A stretch of DNA of 64,000 nucleotides from a virus, in IMG/VR virus record IMGVR_UViG_3300042868_009489, one strand, 5' to 3'. Made by a program: the position numbers and the translations under genes. This document shows, in pieces, positions 30,280 through 40,395 of this stretch. A model generated the notes under the pieces. It made no database searches, was not told the DNA's origin, and was given only the letters and a program-made list of their open reading frames with translations. Position 1 is the first letter of the stretch; each line of letters starts with the position of its first letter.

Positions 30280-30942
30280 ATGGAAAAAAAATATCAAGAT
30301 AAATCCATATACAATGTTTCATTAAAGGGTGTTGACGGAGAAGAAAACATGCTTGCCAAATTCAAGGGCAAGGTAACGCTGATTACCAATGTTACTGGCC
30401 ACTGCGGTAATGCACCTCAGTTTGGAATTATAGAGCACCTTTATCAAGAATACAAAGATAGAGGACTTGAAGTTGTAGCTGTCCCTACTAATGATTTTTG
30501 TGGGCCAAAGGTAACATATGGAATTTACGAATGTGGTATAGCTAATGGTAAAATGGCTGAAGATTATGCTAGAGCTGAATGGAATGTAACTTTCCCTTTT
30601 AGTGAATTATTAGTCTCAGTACCTGATCGTGAAGGAAAAAATCCAGGCAAAACTCCCCATGAACTATACATGCAATTAAATCCAGATCAAGAAGAAGCTC
30701 CAATGTATGGAAACTTTGAAAAATTTGTTGTAGATAAGTACGGCAGAGTTGCTCTTAGACTTCCTAATTTTGTTCTACTTAATTTTGCTTACGAAGGTGG
30801 CTTGTGTGATTCTCCAGAGACTGAATTAACAAGACTAAAAAAGCGCATTGAAATTCTTTTAGATGAAGAATACGATGAGAGTATGGTAGTTCCAATTGAA
30901 AGAGATTGGGATTATCAAGAATATTTAGCGTTAGCTAATTAA
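30280..30942 (+). CDS. glutathione peroxidase-like protein
   Basis: LITNVTGHCGNAPQFGIIEHLYQEYKDRGLEVVAVPTNDF plus NFEKFVVDKYGRVALRL. Confidence 0.8.
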   Translation: MEKKYQDKSIYNVSLKGVDGEENMLAKFKGKVTLITNVTGHCGNAPQFGIIEHLYQEYKDRGLEVVAVPTNDFCGPKVTYGIYECGIANGKMAEDYARAEWNVTFPFSELLVSVPDREGKNPGKTPHELYMQLNPDQEEAPMYGNFEKFVVDKYGRVALRLPNFVLLNFAYEGGLCDSPETELTRLKKRIEILLDEEYDESMVVPIERDWDYQEYLALAN

Positions 30943-32364
30943 ATTTAAATAATATTTATTCCAATTATCTAAGTCTTTTTCATCATTTAACAATGGTTGA
31001 TTTTTTATATTAAGACTTGTATTTAAAAGCACGGGTATCCCTGTGATAGAGTGCCATTTTTTAAGCGTTGAATAAAGACCTGGATTCTGCTTATGGTTTA
31101 TTGTCTGCACTCGCGAAGTACCGTCTATGTGAACTACAGATGGAATTAAATCTGGTTGCTTACATTTGTAGGCAAACTGCATATATGGTGAACTACTCGT
31201 TGGCATTTCAAACCAGTCTTGCGCAAACTCTTCCAAGACCACTGGAGCAAATGGTCTAAATGGTTCTCTATTTTTAATCTTATTTACTTTATTTTTTACT
31301 AAAGGATCTCTAGGATCAGCTAATATACTTCGATTACCTAAAGCTCTAGGTCCAAACTCAGCTTTTCCACATGCAACAGGTGCAACTTTTCCATCTAATA
31401 GAGATTGAATAATTTGTTTTTCTGGATAATTCTTCTTTATATCATAACCAAGATAGGCGGTATCCCATGCTAAGTGTTCACGAGTAACCAAAGCAGCTGC
31501 TCCCAAGCTGCTCCCTGCATCTCCGGGATTTGGCATTATCCATACCTGATTGTAGATATCGAATAACTTTGTATTTGCAGAACAGTTAAGTGCACATCCG
31601 CCCATGAATACTAAGTTTTCCTTACCTGTTTTTTTCTTAGCAAAATTCATAAACTCCATTAGCCTGTCTTCATATACTTTTTGAACTGCAGCTGCAATAT
31701 CAAATTTATCTTGATCTGTATTTATTAGCTCATCCCAGTCTTTTATACCGGTATGGTAGCTATACTTTTGTTTTTTAAAAGTCGGAAAATATTCATTTAC
31801 CTTTTTGTAATACTTATTATGATTTCCGAATCCAGCCATACCCATAAGTATGTATTCTTCAGTGCCGGGAAGAAGTCCTATTAACTTTGTAAATGCACTA
31901 TAGAATAAACCAAAACTTGTTGGATAATTTAAAGTATATATTTGCTTTAACTTCTTTCCTTCTCCAAGCCAAATACTAGACGTATTCCATTCACCAATTG
32001 CATCTATTACAACTACTACGGCGTTGTCAAAGCTGCTAGTATAATATCCGGCCGCAGCGTGAGATTCATGATGAAGAAATTGTTTTTCCTTTACCAAAGA
32101 AAGATCATCAAATTTAATTTTAGAGCTTTTTCCAATTCCACCAAATAGTCTTAACCTAGTATTTTTTAACCAGCGTTTTTCATAATAAGCAATGATGTCA
32201 GGCTTTCCATAGCTCAACGCTTCATCTATGATTTCTTGGTTTAGGTACCAATCATTTTTTATCTTAGAATATCTTTCTGCGTGTGCTGCAAAAAGAATAT
32301 TTTTACCGTCAATAAGGGATATCGCTGCGTCGTGCGCGCTGTCATTAATTCCAAGTATTAACAT
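30931..32364 (-). CDS. NodU/CmcH-family carbamoyltransferase
   Basis: ILGINDSAHDAAISLIDG, FLHHESHAAAGYYTS, VFMGGCALNCSANTKL, FGPRALGNRSILADPR. Confidence 0.9.
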   Translation of the reverse strand: MLILGINDSAHDAAISLIDGKNILFAAHAERYSKIKNDWYLNQEIIDEALSYGKPDIIAYYEKRWLKNTRLRLFGGIGKSSKIKFDDLSLVKEKQFLHHESHAAAGYYTSSFDNAVVVVIDAIGEWNTSSIWLGEGKKLKQIYTLNYPTSFGLFYSAFTKLIGLLPGTEEYILMGMAGFGNHNKYYKKVNEYFPTFKKQKYSYHTGIKDWDELINTDQDKFDIAAAVQKVYEDRLMEFMNFAKKKTGKENLVFMGGCALNCSANTKLFDIYNQVWIMPNPGDAGSSLGAAALVTREHLAWDTAYLGYDIKKNYPEKQIIQSLLDGKVAPVACGKAEFGPRALGNRSILADPRDPLVKNKVNKIKNREPFRPFAPVVLEEFAQDWFEMPTSSSPYMQFAYKCKQPDLIPSVVHIDGTSRVQTINHKQNPGLYSTLKKWHSITGIPVLLNTSLNIKNQPLLNDEKDLDNWNKYYLNLIS

Positions 32365-33329
32365 TTTGCGTTGTCTATGGTTTTCTGTGAAAGTCTTTTT
32401 CCTAAAAATCTTTCGGCCATGTGAACATGAGTGTACATCCCCGGATGCGCATTCGATTCTGGTATATCTAAACCTTTTTCCCAATACTTTTTATGTTCTA
32501 CATTATTAGAAAAATAACTATCATGAAAATCAATATTTTCGTTATGTCTCCAATAGCAGTGTTTATTTAATACTTTTGAATGTGTAGCTATTTTTTCTAA
32601 AATAGGATTATTCAATAATAAATCGTCAAAAAAACCACTCCAAGAATAATAGAAACATTCTATTTTTAATAGCTTACAAAAAGAAAAGAAGTTTATCAAT
32701 GAATGTATTTGATTTAAAAAACCATATTCTAATGGAATACTTCTTTTTATCTTTAAGTAATCTTTAAATAAAAAATCTTTTTTTCCATTATTATTATACT
32801 CACGAATTTGTTCCATCCAAAAAACATCATCTAAGCTGTAATAAACAGTATCTTTTAAGTCGGATAAATTTTTGTTAGCTAAATTTTTACTAGAAAGCTT
32901 TGGTAACGTTTCATCATCTTTATTCCCCACCAGCCAAGCTCTATCTAAACTAGGTAAAAGTAAGTATATTTTTTTAGGAACACCATATTGCATAATATGC
33001 TGCAGAGCGTTGTGCAGTATTCTCTGTACTGAACCACCGCTGTAAGCAACAATATTTAAAGATAAACTAAGTTCATCTTTAATTAAGTGAGGCCAAGATA
33101 AACCATGAGGTAAGCCAATTGGCACAGTAACGGAACAGCCGAGCGCCAAGATATCTGGACTATAAACAAAATTATCCCCTATAGAACCTTGTTCATTAAG
33201 TTGGTATTCTATTATTTGCTTAAAGGGTATATCGTTTTCTTTTATAAAATTTATATGATTTTCCATTTTTAATGGAAGTAAGTTCATTACATCATACAGC
33301 ATTTTAGCTTTTAAAAAATCATTTTCCAT
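32358..33329 (-). CDS. SGNH-hydrolase-like protein
   Basis: DILALGCSVTVPIGLPHGLSWPHLI; paralogue of 34668..35744. Confidence 0.45.
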   Translation of the reverse strand: MENDFLKAKMLYDVMNLLPLKMENHINFIKENDIPFKQIIEYQLNEQGSIGDNFVYSPDILALGCSVTVPIGLPHGLSWPHLIKDELSLSLNIVAYSGGSVQRILHNALQHIMQYGVPKKIYLLLPSLDRAWLVGNKDDETLPKLSSKNLANKNLSDLKDTVYYSLDDVFWMEQIREYNNNGKKDFLFKDYLKIKRSIPLEYGFLNQIHSLINFFSFCKLLKIECFYYSWSGFFDDLLLNNPILEKIATHSKVLNKHCYWRHNENIDFHDSYFSNNVEHKKYWEKGLDIPESNAHPGMYTHVHMAERFLGKRLSQKTIDNAKC

Positions 33330-33479
33330 AAATTAGTATATAAAAGGGTCGTGTTTGTTTGCTTTTCTTTTTTTTAATTTAAACTTAAATAATAACGAAA
33401 AAACCATTATCCTAAGGCGATGCATTAACTGCTCCTTGTATCTTGTTACTATTGATAATATCATATCTGGAGGAATTAT

Positions 33480-33746
33480 ATGAAGAAACTACTATTTGCC
33501 ACCCTACTGATTCTGGGCACTACATCTTGTAGTGATTCTTATCGATACGAATGCCAAGACCCAAATAATTTTGGTAAACCAGAGTGCGTTCCACCCGGAT
33601 GCTTGGCAGATAATTCATGCACCACTACCGTTCTCGGTTTTGACCCACTACTTCCAGATCAAACAACTGAAACAGAATTAGTTCCAGACCCAACGCAGGA
33701 CACCATTCCGTGCCCCTGCCCAACACAGGAGACCACAGCGCCATGA
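33480..33746 (+). CDS. small lipoprotein
   Basis: MKKLLFATLLILGTTSCSDS signal and lipobox; Pro/Thr-rich; ATGA overlap with holin. Confidence 0.6.
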   Translation: MKKLLFATLLILGTTSCSDSYRYECQDPNNFGKPECVPPGCLADNSCTTTVLGFDPLLPDQTTETELVPDPTQDTIPCPCPTQETTAP

Positions 33747-34025
33747 GCAAACGTTTCACCCCAGCAGAACTTGATTCCCGCCTAAAGTTCGTTATCGGAT
33801 GCCTATTGGGAGTTGTACTTCTTATGACCACTGGAGCAATACTCTACGCTCTTGTATTTGTTACCCAGCCAATTCGGAGCACAGGCCGAAAATGACAAGA
33901 TGTTCTTTAGTGTTCTTTCATCGGTTGCCACTTTTATCACTGGCACACTTGCCGGTTTGATGATTTCTACTGGCAAGGGTACTGGCGATGAAAATGGTAA
34001 TGGGATTCCAGATAACCAAGAGTAA
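33743..34025 (+). CDS. actinophage holin-like two-TM protein, recoded (CGGA at 33875)
   Basis: Quadruplet reading gives MSKRFTPAELDSRLKFVIGCLLGVVLLMTTGAILYALVFVTQPI-G-AQAENDKMFFSVLSSVATFITGTLAGLMISTGKGTGDENGNGIPDNQE. 0-frame ends at 33895. Length 283 = 3x94+1. Confidence 0.85.
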
Positions 34026-34044
34026 CATCAATATCTCACCAGAG

Positions 34045-34632
34045 ATGCGTGCGTGGAGTACGTGTTTGCCAGAAGACTTGTGGATTTTTGATAAATTAAT
34101 TGTTGCCAAAAAGGCTGGTCACTTATGTGGACCACGTGGAATTCCAGTTCCAAAACCTGGTGAATATTTTGTAAAACCAGTGGTTAATATTGAGGGCATG
34201 GGTGAAAAAGCTCGAGTGGAATATCTTGAACAAGACACATGTCATCTTCATCCTGGAGAATTTTGGTGCGAAATATTTACCGGTGAACACATTAGTGTTG
34301 ACTATGAGAAGTATCAACCAATCCTATCTGTTGTTGGAACTAAACATACTGATCATCCATACAAAAGATTTACTTATTGGCAAAGGACAGAACAGACGCA
34401 TCCCCTTCCGCAATTCTTAGGTTTTATTCCACTTAGGTACGCAAAGATTAATTGTGAGTTTATTGGTGGAAAATTAATCGAGATACACCTTCGTGGTAAC
34501 TCTGACTTCTCACATGGTAACTCATCAATGATCCCAGTCTGGAACGATGAACAAGATCCTAATCCAGAAGGTTATACTTTTATTAGCGATAAAGGTGAAG
34601 AATTAGAACGCTTAGGAATTTGGATTCGCTAG
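34045..34632 (+). CDS. hypothetical protein
   Basis: ORF with in-frame ATG after the holin stop. Confidence 0.55.
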   Translation: MRAWSTCLPEDLWIFDKLIVAKKAGHLCGPRGIPVPKPGEYFVKPVVNIEGMGEKARVEYLEQDTCHLHPGEFWCEIFTGEHISVDYEKYQPILSVVGTKHTDHPYKRFTYWQRTEQTHPLPQFLGFIPLRYAKINCEFIGGKLIEIHLRGNSDFSHGNSSMIPVWNDEQDPNPEGYTFISDKGEELERLGIWIR

Positions 34633-34667
34633 CTTTCCGTAATTAAACTTTTCTTAGCATGGAAGCA

Positions 34668-35744
34668 TTAGATATTATCAACAAGATTTTTTGCCCAATG
34701 CCAATGAGCGTGAGATCCTAAATGTGCTTCGTTTATTGCAACTGATTTAGTTAAAATTGATAAATTATCGTTGAAGAATTTTTCATCAATTTCAACAAAT
34801 TGATTTTTTGTTGCAATTTTATACCTATCATATCCAATGTAAAAAAATTCTTTTGTTTGATTATACAATTCTTTACAACAAGGTATTTCTTTTGGGTTAC
34901 CTGTATATATAATTTCATCTGTTTCTTTTTTATGTACTAATTTATTCCTGTCTGGGTCCCAAATGTCATAGTCTTTAAGTTCGATATAATTTTTAAAATT
35001 ATTTTTAAGAAATTCTTGAGAAAAAGATAACTGTTCAAATGTGGTGATGTTTCTAGTCCAGCATTGCCAGATTAATTTTATATTGTTTGTTTTGCAAATA
35101 CTTTCTAAAAAATTAATTGCTTGTAGATTTTCCATATAAGAAGAAAGTTCATTCTTGGAAAAGTCTTCAAAGTTAGCGTCATTTGAACTTCCCATCTTTA
35201 TTCTTCCAAGATTGTCAATATTTTCATATCTATTAAAATCTGGAAAATTACATAAAATTATTTTTGGAGCATTATACCTATTGATATAGTTAGCTAAAAG
35301 TCTAACTTGAAGAGAAATGCTTGACCCAATAACTGATAAATTAACAATATCTTTGATGCCCGTAAGACCACCTACAAATGTAGGCCAAATAAATTCAACA
35401 GGAACACCAGCACCAAAAGTATGAGAACATCCAAGAGCAACAATCTCTGTATTCTCATGAAAATCAATTGATCTAAAACTAAATTTATTTATCTTGTAAG
35501 AACATTTCCACGGAACATTATACTCTTTGCTAATGTTAGGCACAATACGTTCATTGTGTGTAATTTCTTTAAAATCTAAAAAATTATACTCAGTACTTAG
35601 TTTCTCAAACCAATGCTTCTTGCACAAGATGTGCGGTTTAGGATATGAAAGTTCTATTCCGTTATGTGTATCAACTAAATCCGAATTTAGACAATTAGAG
35701 GACTCACAAATTCCTGGATTTCGATTATGTCTACCATGCTCCAT
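34668..35744 (-). CDS. SGNH-hydrolase-like protein
   Basis: EIVALGCSHTFGAGVPVEFIWPTFV. Confidence 0.5.
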   Translation of the reverse strand: MEHGRHNRNPGICESSNCLNSDLVDTHNGIELSYPKPHILCKKHWFEKLSTEYNFLDFKEITHNERIVPNISKEYNVPWKCSYKINKFSFRSIDFHENTEIVALGCSHTFGAGVPVEFIWPTFVGGLTGIKDIVNLSVIGSSISLQVRLLANYINRYNAPKIILCNFPDFNRYENIDNLGRIKMGSSNDANFEDFSKNELSSYMENLQAINFLESICKTNNIKLIWQCWTRNITTFEQLSFSQEFLKNNFKNYIELKDYDIWDPDRNKLVHKKETDEIIYTGNPKEIPCCKELYNQTKEFFYIGYDRYKIATKNQFVEIDEKFFNDNLSILTKSVAINEAHLGSHAHWHWAKNLVDNI

Positions 35745-36104
35745 AAATGTTGATTAGTATATATATGGATTTTTTGGTCCAAAAAATTTTTTAATGATCA
35801 ACTTAAACATTCTTATGTAGTTTTTTAGTTTCATGCTAAATTATAGCATACGGTTTATTATTTTAAAATTCCTATACAGGGTAAAAGTAGAAAAAAATTT
35901 TTGAGGCCAAATCCATTTTTGGAAAAACTTTTAAATTCCAGAATTATTTAACTAAATTATATATGTCCAATAGCATGTCTTCTAATTCTCGGTGGGTAAA
36001 TAGTTCTCTATTTTGTTTTGTAATTTCAGACAACAACAATTGAACAGAAGCCTTAACACTAGCTAACTTAACATCTTCTTTGTCTAAAAGAAGTCTGCTC
36101 ATAA

Positions 36105-39100
36105 TTAGTCCTTGTCGTTTTTAAATATCTGATGCGTGTAGTGTACCACGCAAGCAGTTATGGTTGAGGCTAAGGCAATCGTTTGGGTCGTTCCAGAAAG
36201 TGTGTAGTAAACAACTACGCTACCTGCAAATGTAAATGCAAGACCGGCAGTTATATCCCATAATTTCTTAGCAAAACCTAACCAATTAAATTCTCTCATC
36301 TCTATACCCTCCTTGATATAATATTTAAATATACTATTCTTTGTAAAATTACTATCTTCATCATCTCCTGGGCCAGCAATCTCCCCAGCCATTTCTTCTT
36401 CTTCATTCTTTTTAGCTACGTTGTTATTAGTACCGCTAGGACCGTTAGAGTTCCCTCCTCCAGAATTACCTCCAGAGCCTCCAGGACCGCCTGTAGCAGC
36501 TCCAGCTGCTGTTATTGCAGCAACAGCTGTAGTGGCAGCTATAAGTGTTCTACGAGCTCCTACGTCAACTTGGGAGCCAAGGGCAACATAATCATCAAAG
36601 CCATCCCCGTAGATGTCAACCTCTTCTTCAAGGGATTCTTTAATATCGTCTGGTGCATTAGTAAGAGCTTCTGCCAGTTGAGCTTCTTGTTCAGGTGTTA
36701 CGTTTGCCACATCTAGGGCAGCAAACACTTCTGTAGCTTGATCTGGGGTTATGCTTTCTAGAACCTTAGGACTTGCCGAAAGTTCAGCTGACTGACCTGC
36801 CTCGATGCCACCCTCTTGACCCGTGATCAAGTCAACGACTTGTGATACTTGGTCATTTGTAATTGTGTCTGACTCCAACACATCTACGATGACACCGACT
36901 GATTCGGCATTCAGTTCATTACCTAAAACGGCGGTAAAGGTTTCAATTAGAACCTCACTACTTACTTCTTCGTCAAAGACTGCACCAAGAGCAGCACCAA
37001 GATTGTCTGCGGTCAGACCGTCTTTCAAAACATCAACGATGAGGTCAATGGTTTCTGCATCTGAGAGGTCGCTGTCAAACACATTGTCAAATACTGCTTC
37101 TGCTTCTGACGCGCTCAAGTTTGTTTCAAGCAAGTCGCCAAGTACCGTCATGGTGTCCGCAACAGAAATGTCTTCGTCAAACACTGCACCCATCACTTTT
37201 GAAATATCCCCACCACTTGCTGGGCCATCAAAGATTGAACTGAGTGCAGAAACCATGGCTTCTGGAGATGTTGTTTCCGAGAATGCGGTATCAAGAACTT
37301 TGTCAAACTCTTTATCGCTAAGGTCGGCATCAAGCATTGTTGTTAGTGCTTCGGTGAAAACTTCACTAGAGACATCGTCAGCGAACACGGCATCAAGAAC
37401 CTTCGTGAATTCTTTATCGCTAAGGTCTGCTTCCAAGAACGAATCAACCACAGCACCAACATCTGCACCTGGTTCATCAAGCGAACCAAGGGTTGCATCT
37501 ACGACTGCATCAAATTGCTTTCCAGTCAGGTTTGTGTCCAGCAGACCATCAAGCACCGCAGTTATTTCTTCTGTAGACGCATCAGGCGTAAACGTGGTAT
37601 CCAATATGTCCGTGAGGTCGTCGGTTGTTATTGGTTCTCCAGCATCAGGCATTTCTGGAAGGACGATTGGTTCGTCTACAGGGACAGTAGAATCAGGTAA
37701 TGGGATTAGGTCTGTTTCTATCGGTGCTGGTGGGATTGTGGTATCTATTACAATTGGCTCTAATATTTCTGGTAACAGCGTCTCCGGGATGGTTGCTGTT
37801 GGTGTTTCTGGTAACGATGTCCCCGTTGGCACTTCTACGGATGGGGGAGTATCGGGGACGCTGGAAGTCGTAGTTGCAGAAGCGCCGACCTGCATTGAGA
37901 CAGTGTTGGAGTTAGCAGAATACTTTGAGAAAGTATCGTTATCTGAACGAATATGGAACGGGAATGTTTCTCCTGCTACACCAAACGAATAAATCGTTGC
38001 GTAAGAAATAAGAATTGAAGTATCCAGGGTCGTTGCACCACCAACATTTCCTGTTGCTATCCCACCGCCGCCAAGACTTCCAGACCAAGTGATTGCATAT
38101 CTTTCGGGAAGATAACCGCCAGATGCAGGTGCATCCCAATCAAGAAGTATTCCAGAGCCAGTGTCCGTTGCTGTAAGGTTGCTAGGTGCGCCAATAGTAT
38201 CCGGGAACGTATTTAGGCTTTGTGTGAATACGGTTCCAGTTGTGTAAGGACGCGCAGTTCCTTGAGCATTGGTTGTTCCGTTCCACTGGTAGTAACGAAT
38301 CCAGACACCGTTTGCATCCCATGAGTTGTTGGAAATGGTTGCCCAGTTTTGGTTCTTCTGACCATTGGTAAATGTGTCATCAAGGTAAATAGAGATTCCA
38401 TTATTCGTAAATGTGTTTCCGTCAATCAGGCGCAGGTTTGTACCCATATTTGTTCCTGTGTTAATCCAAGAATTATGATAAACGCCTATCCCATTGTTTG
38501 AAAATATTGAATCAATCACTTGGCTTCTGTTCCAACCCTGAACATTTACCGCATATGAGTTGTTGGTAAATGTTGAATTTTCAACTTTTACAAATCGCTG
38601 ACTATCAATTCCAGAATTATTATTATCAAATACACAGTTGTTAACATAAGTCCTGTTTTGGAATACGGAATCCTGTTGACTCTCCCATGTTGTTTCTCCA
38701 GCAAGAAGGGAAGGGGTTGAACCATGGTCTGCTGAGATACCCACATTCAGGTAATCAAAAGTAGAGTTCGTGTAGGTAGAAACGCTTCCAGCCTCTTTAT
38801 TAAATACTGCGATTCCACTAGACATTCCCGTAAAGCGAACATTCGTAGCAGAAACCGTTCCCCTAGTGTTAAAGACGAGCCCACCTTCTCCGTTCAGTCC
38901 TTTTTTCAGGGTCATGTTTGAGATGGTTAATGAATTACTTTGACCAACATAAAATGGCCTGTAAGCATTGTTGCCATCAATGATTGTATTGGTTCTGCCA
39001 TTTCCAGTAATAGTCAGCGTTCCCACAATTGATGGCAGAGATGAAGCCAGACTGATTGTTCCGTTCGTCTCAAAAGTGATTGAGTCGTATATTCCGCCAG

Positions 39101-40244
39101 TGTTCGCGTTCGCTTGAGCAATGGCCCAACGAAGAGTTCCGCTTGAAGTCGTATCATCAAGACTTGTCACCACCAACGAGGTGGGAGCAGGGGGGAGCGT
39201 GGTTGTGGTTGTACTAGAAGTAGTAGTTGAAGCAGTAGTAGTTGTAGTTGTAGGGGGAACCGTTGGTGCGGTTTCGCTATTAGAAGCAACTCCACCGAAT
39301 GTCGTGCAAGTTCCAGAGACACAACGCTCTGTTGAGCCAGCCTCGCTATCAATCATCAGCACTGGAGAGAGTGCGGTATCCCCAAGGTTGAAAACGGCAA
39401 AACCAAGTTTATATGTTCCGGTTATATCCACGCTGTATGTAGATGTTTGCCAACCAGTAGCACCATAGGAATTTGTTGAATAGTCGCCAGTTCCTGGGTT
39501 AGTGAATCCAAGAAGGGCATATGACTGCACGTAGTTGTTTACTCTGATAACTGGGGTTCCAGTAACAGTTACAGGCACAAGGCCGGTCACAGAACCATCG
39601 TTAAAAGGAACATAGTCCGTTCCTAGATAGTTCCAAGACATCGTGTAGGTAGTGCCAGCAGTTAGTTGTACTTCCCTAGTAATCCATGCCGCGTTTGTCG
39701 GATTGGAATTTCCATTCCCAGATGCAATCCCGTCTGCTGTCAGTCGTTCTTGTATTGCTGTTTGCGGAGCACCAGACAACCCGAGTGCAGTCATTGCATT
39801 AGAGAATGTAATTTGTCCCATCGGTTGCAGGGCGACTGCTTTTGCTGCATTGTTTGGCCCAAATGTCCAACTTCCAGCAGATACCGCTGGAGCGTAATAT
39901 GGGTTCGCTGACCCATCTTGTTTTGTAGGGCTGCCCATTGCTCCATGTTGACTATGGGTAAATGTCCTAGAACCAGTAAATATAGTTACGCCAGTTCCGT
40001 TTCCAGTAATGGTGCTCCCTAGGCTCCCCGACTGGCTTCCCTTTTCCCAGCCCGTAAAGGTTCCGTCCTCAAATCCAGCATCAGGGAAAGAATCAGCCTG
40101 AACTGGTGTAGCTACCGGCATAAACATAGCTATCGAAAAAGCTGGAACTAATATCCAAGCTCCTTTACGAAACTGTATGCGACTACCACGATCATTAGTT
40201 TTAATTTTTTTCAGCGCATAGCTGAGCTTCTTTATAATATTCAA
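36105..40244 (-). CDS. giant secreted or surface protein: signal peptide, beta-helix region, Fn3-like region, about 9 degenerate helical repeats, C-terminal hydrophobic segment
   Basis: 1379 aa ORF; TTTTTTASTTTSSTTTTTLPP linker; repeated xxEVFTxALxxxLDADLSDKEFxKVLDxxF units. Confidence 0.8.
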   Translation of the reverse strand: MNIIKKLSYALKKIKTNDRGSRIQFRKGAWILVPAFSIAMFMPVATPVQADSFPDAGFEDGTFTGWEKGSQSGSLGSTITGNGTGVTIFTGSRTFTHSQHGAMGSPTKQDGSANPYYAPAVSAGSWTFGPNNAAKAVALQPMGQITFSNAMTALGLSGAPQTAIQERLTADGIASGNGNSNPTNAAWITREVQLTAGTTYTMSWNYLGTDYVPFNDGSVTGLVPVTVTGTPVIRVNNYVQSYALLGFTNPGTGDYSTNSYGATGWQTSTYSVDITGTYKLGFAVFNLGDTALSPVLMIDSEAGSTERCVSGTCTTFGGVASNSETAPTVPPTTTTTTASTTTSSTTTTTLPPAPTSLVVTSLDDTTSSGTLRWAIAQANANTGGIYDSITFETNGTISLASSLPSIVGTLTITGNGRTNTIIDGNNAYRPFYVGQSNSLTISNMTLKKGLNGEGGLVFNTRGTVSATNVRFTGMSSGIAVFNKEAGSVSTYTNSTFDYLNVGISADHGSTPSLLAGETTWESQQDSVFQNRTYVNNCVFDNNNSGIDSQRFVKVENSTFTNNSYAVNVQGWNRSQVIDSIFSNNGIGVYHNSWINTGTNMGTNLRLIDGNTFTNNGISIYLDDTFTNGQKNQNWATISNNSWDANGVWIRYYQWNGTTNAQGTARPYTTGTVFTQSLNTFPDTIGAPSNLTATDTGSGILLDWDAPASGGYLPERYAITWSGSLGGGGIATGNVGGATTLDTSILISYATIYSFGVAGETFPFHIRSDNDTFSKYSANSNTVSMQVGASATTTSSVPDTPPSVEVPTGTSLPETPTATIPETLLPEILEPIVIDTTIPPAPIETDLIPLPDSTVPVDEPIVLPEMPDAGEPITTDDLTDILDTTFTPDASTEEITAVLDGLLDTNLTGKQFDAVVDATLGSLDEPGADVGAVVDSFLEADLSDKEFTKVLDAVFADDVSSEVFTEALTTMLDADLSDKEFDKVLDTAFSETTSPEAMVSALSSIFDGPASGGDISKVMGAVFDEDISVADTMTVLGDLLETNLSASEAEAVFDNVFDSDLSDAETIDLIVDVLKDGLTADNLGAALGAVFDEEVSSEVLIETFTAVLGNELNAESVGVIVDVLESDTITNDQVSQVVDLITGQEGGIEAGQSAELSASPKVLESITPDQATEVFAALDVANVTPEQEAQLAEALTNAPDDIKESLEEEVDIYGDGFDDYVALGSQVDVGARRTLIAATTAVAAITAAGAATGGPGGSGGNSGGGNSNGPSGTNNNVAKKNEEEEMAGEIAGPGDDEDSNFTKNSIFKYYIKEGIEMREFNWLGFAKKLWDITAGLAFTFAGSVVVYYTLSGTTQTIALASTITACVVHYTHQIFKNDKD

Positions 40245-40319
40245 CTGATTACCCCTTCAGTTAGATGCACCTAATAGTAACTCTTTAACTCAGATGTTAC
40301 CCCTCACCATACAAACAAA

Positions 40320-40351
40320 AATCCCCCAACACATTGCTGTGCTGGGGGATT
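40320..40351 (-). terminator. rho-independent terminator
   Basis: aatcccccaacaca-ttgc-tgtgctgggggatt hairpin; the minus strand continues TTTTTGTTTG. Confidence 0.85.
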
Positions 40352-40395
40352 AGAGCATCTGACTTCGTGATACCAGTATAGCATAGAAGACAAGC

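Noticed and set aside
30931-32484. Start of the carbamoyltransferase at 32484
   Set aside because: The first 40 residues are unlike the family; MLILGINDSAHDAA at 32364 is the expected N-terminus.
36823-37992. 389 aa plus-strand ORF
   Set aside because: Antisense to the repeat region of the 1379 aa protein; Ser/Thr/Val-rich composition is a shadow of the real frame.
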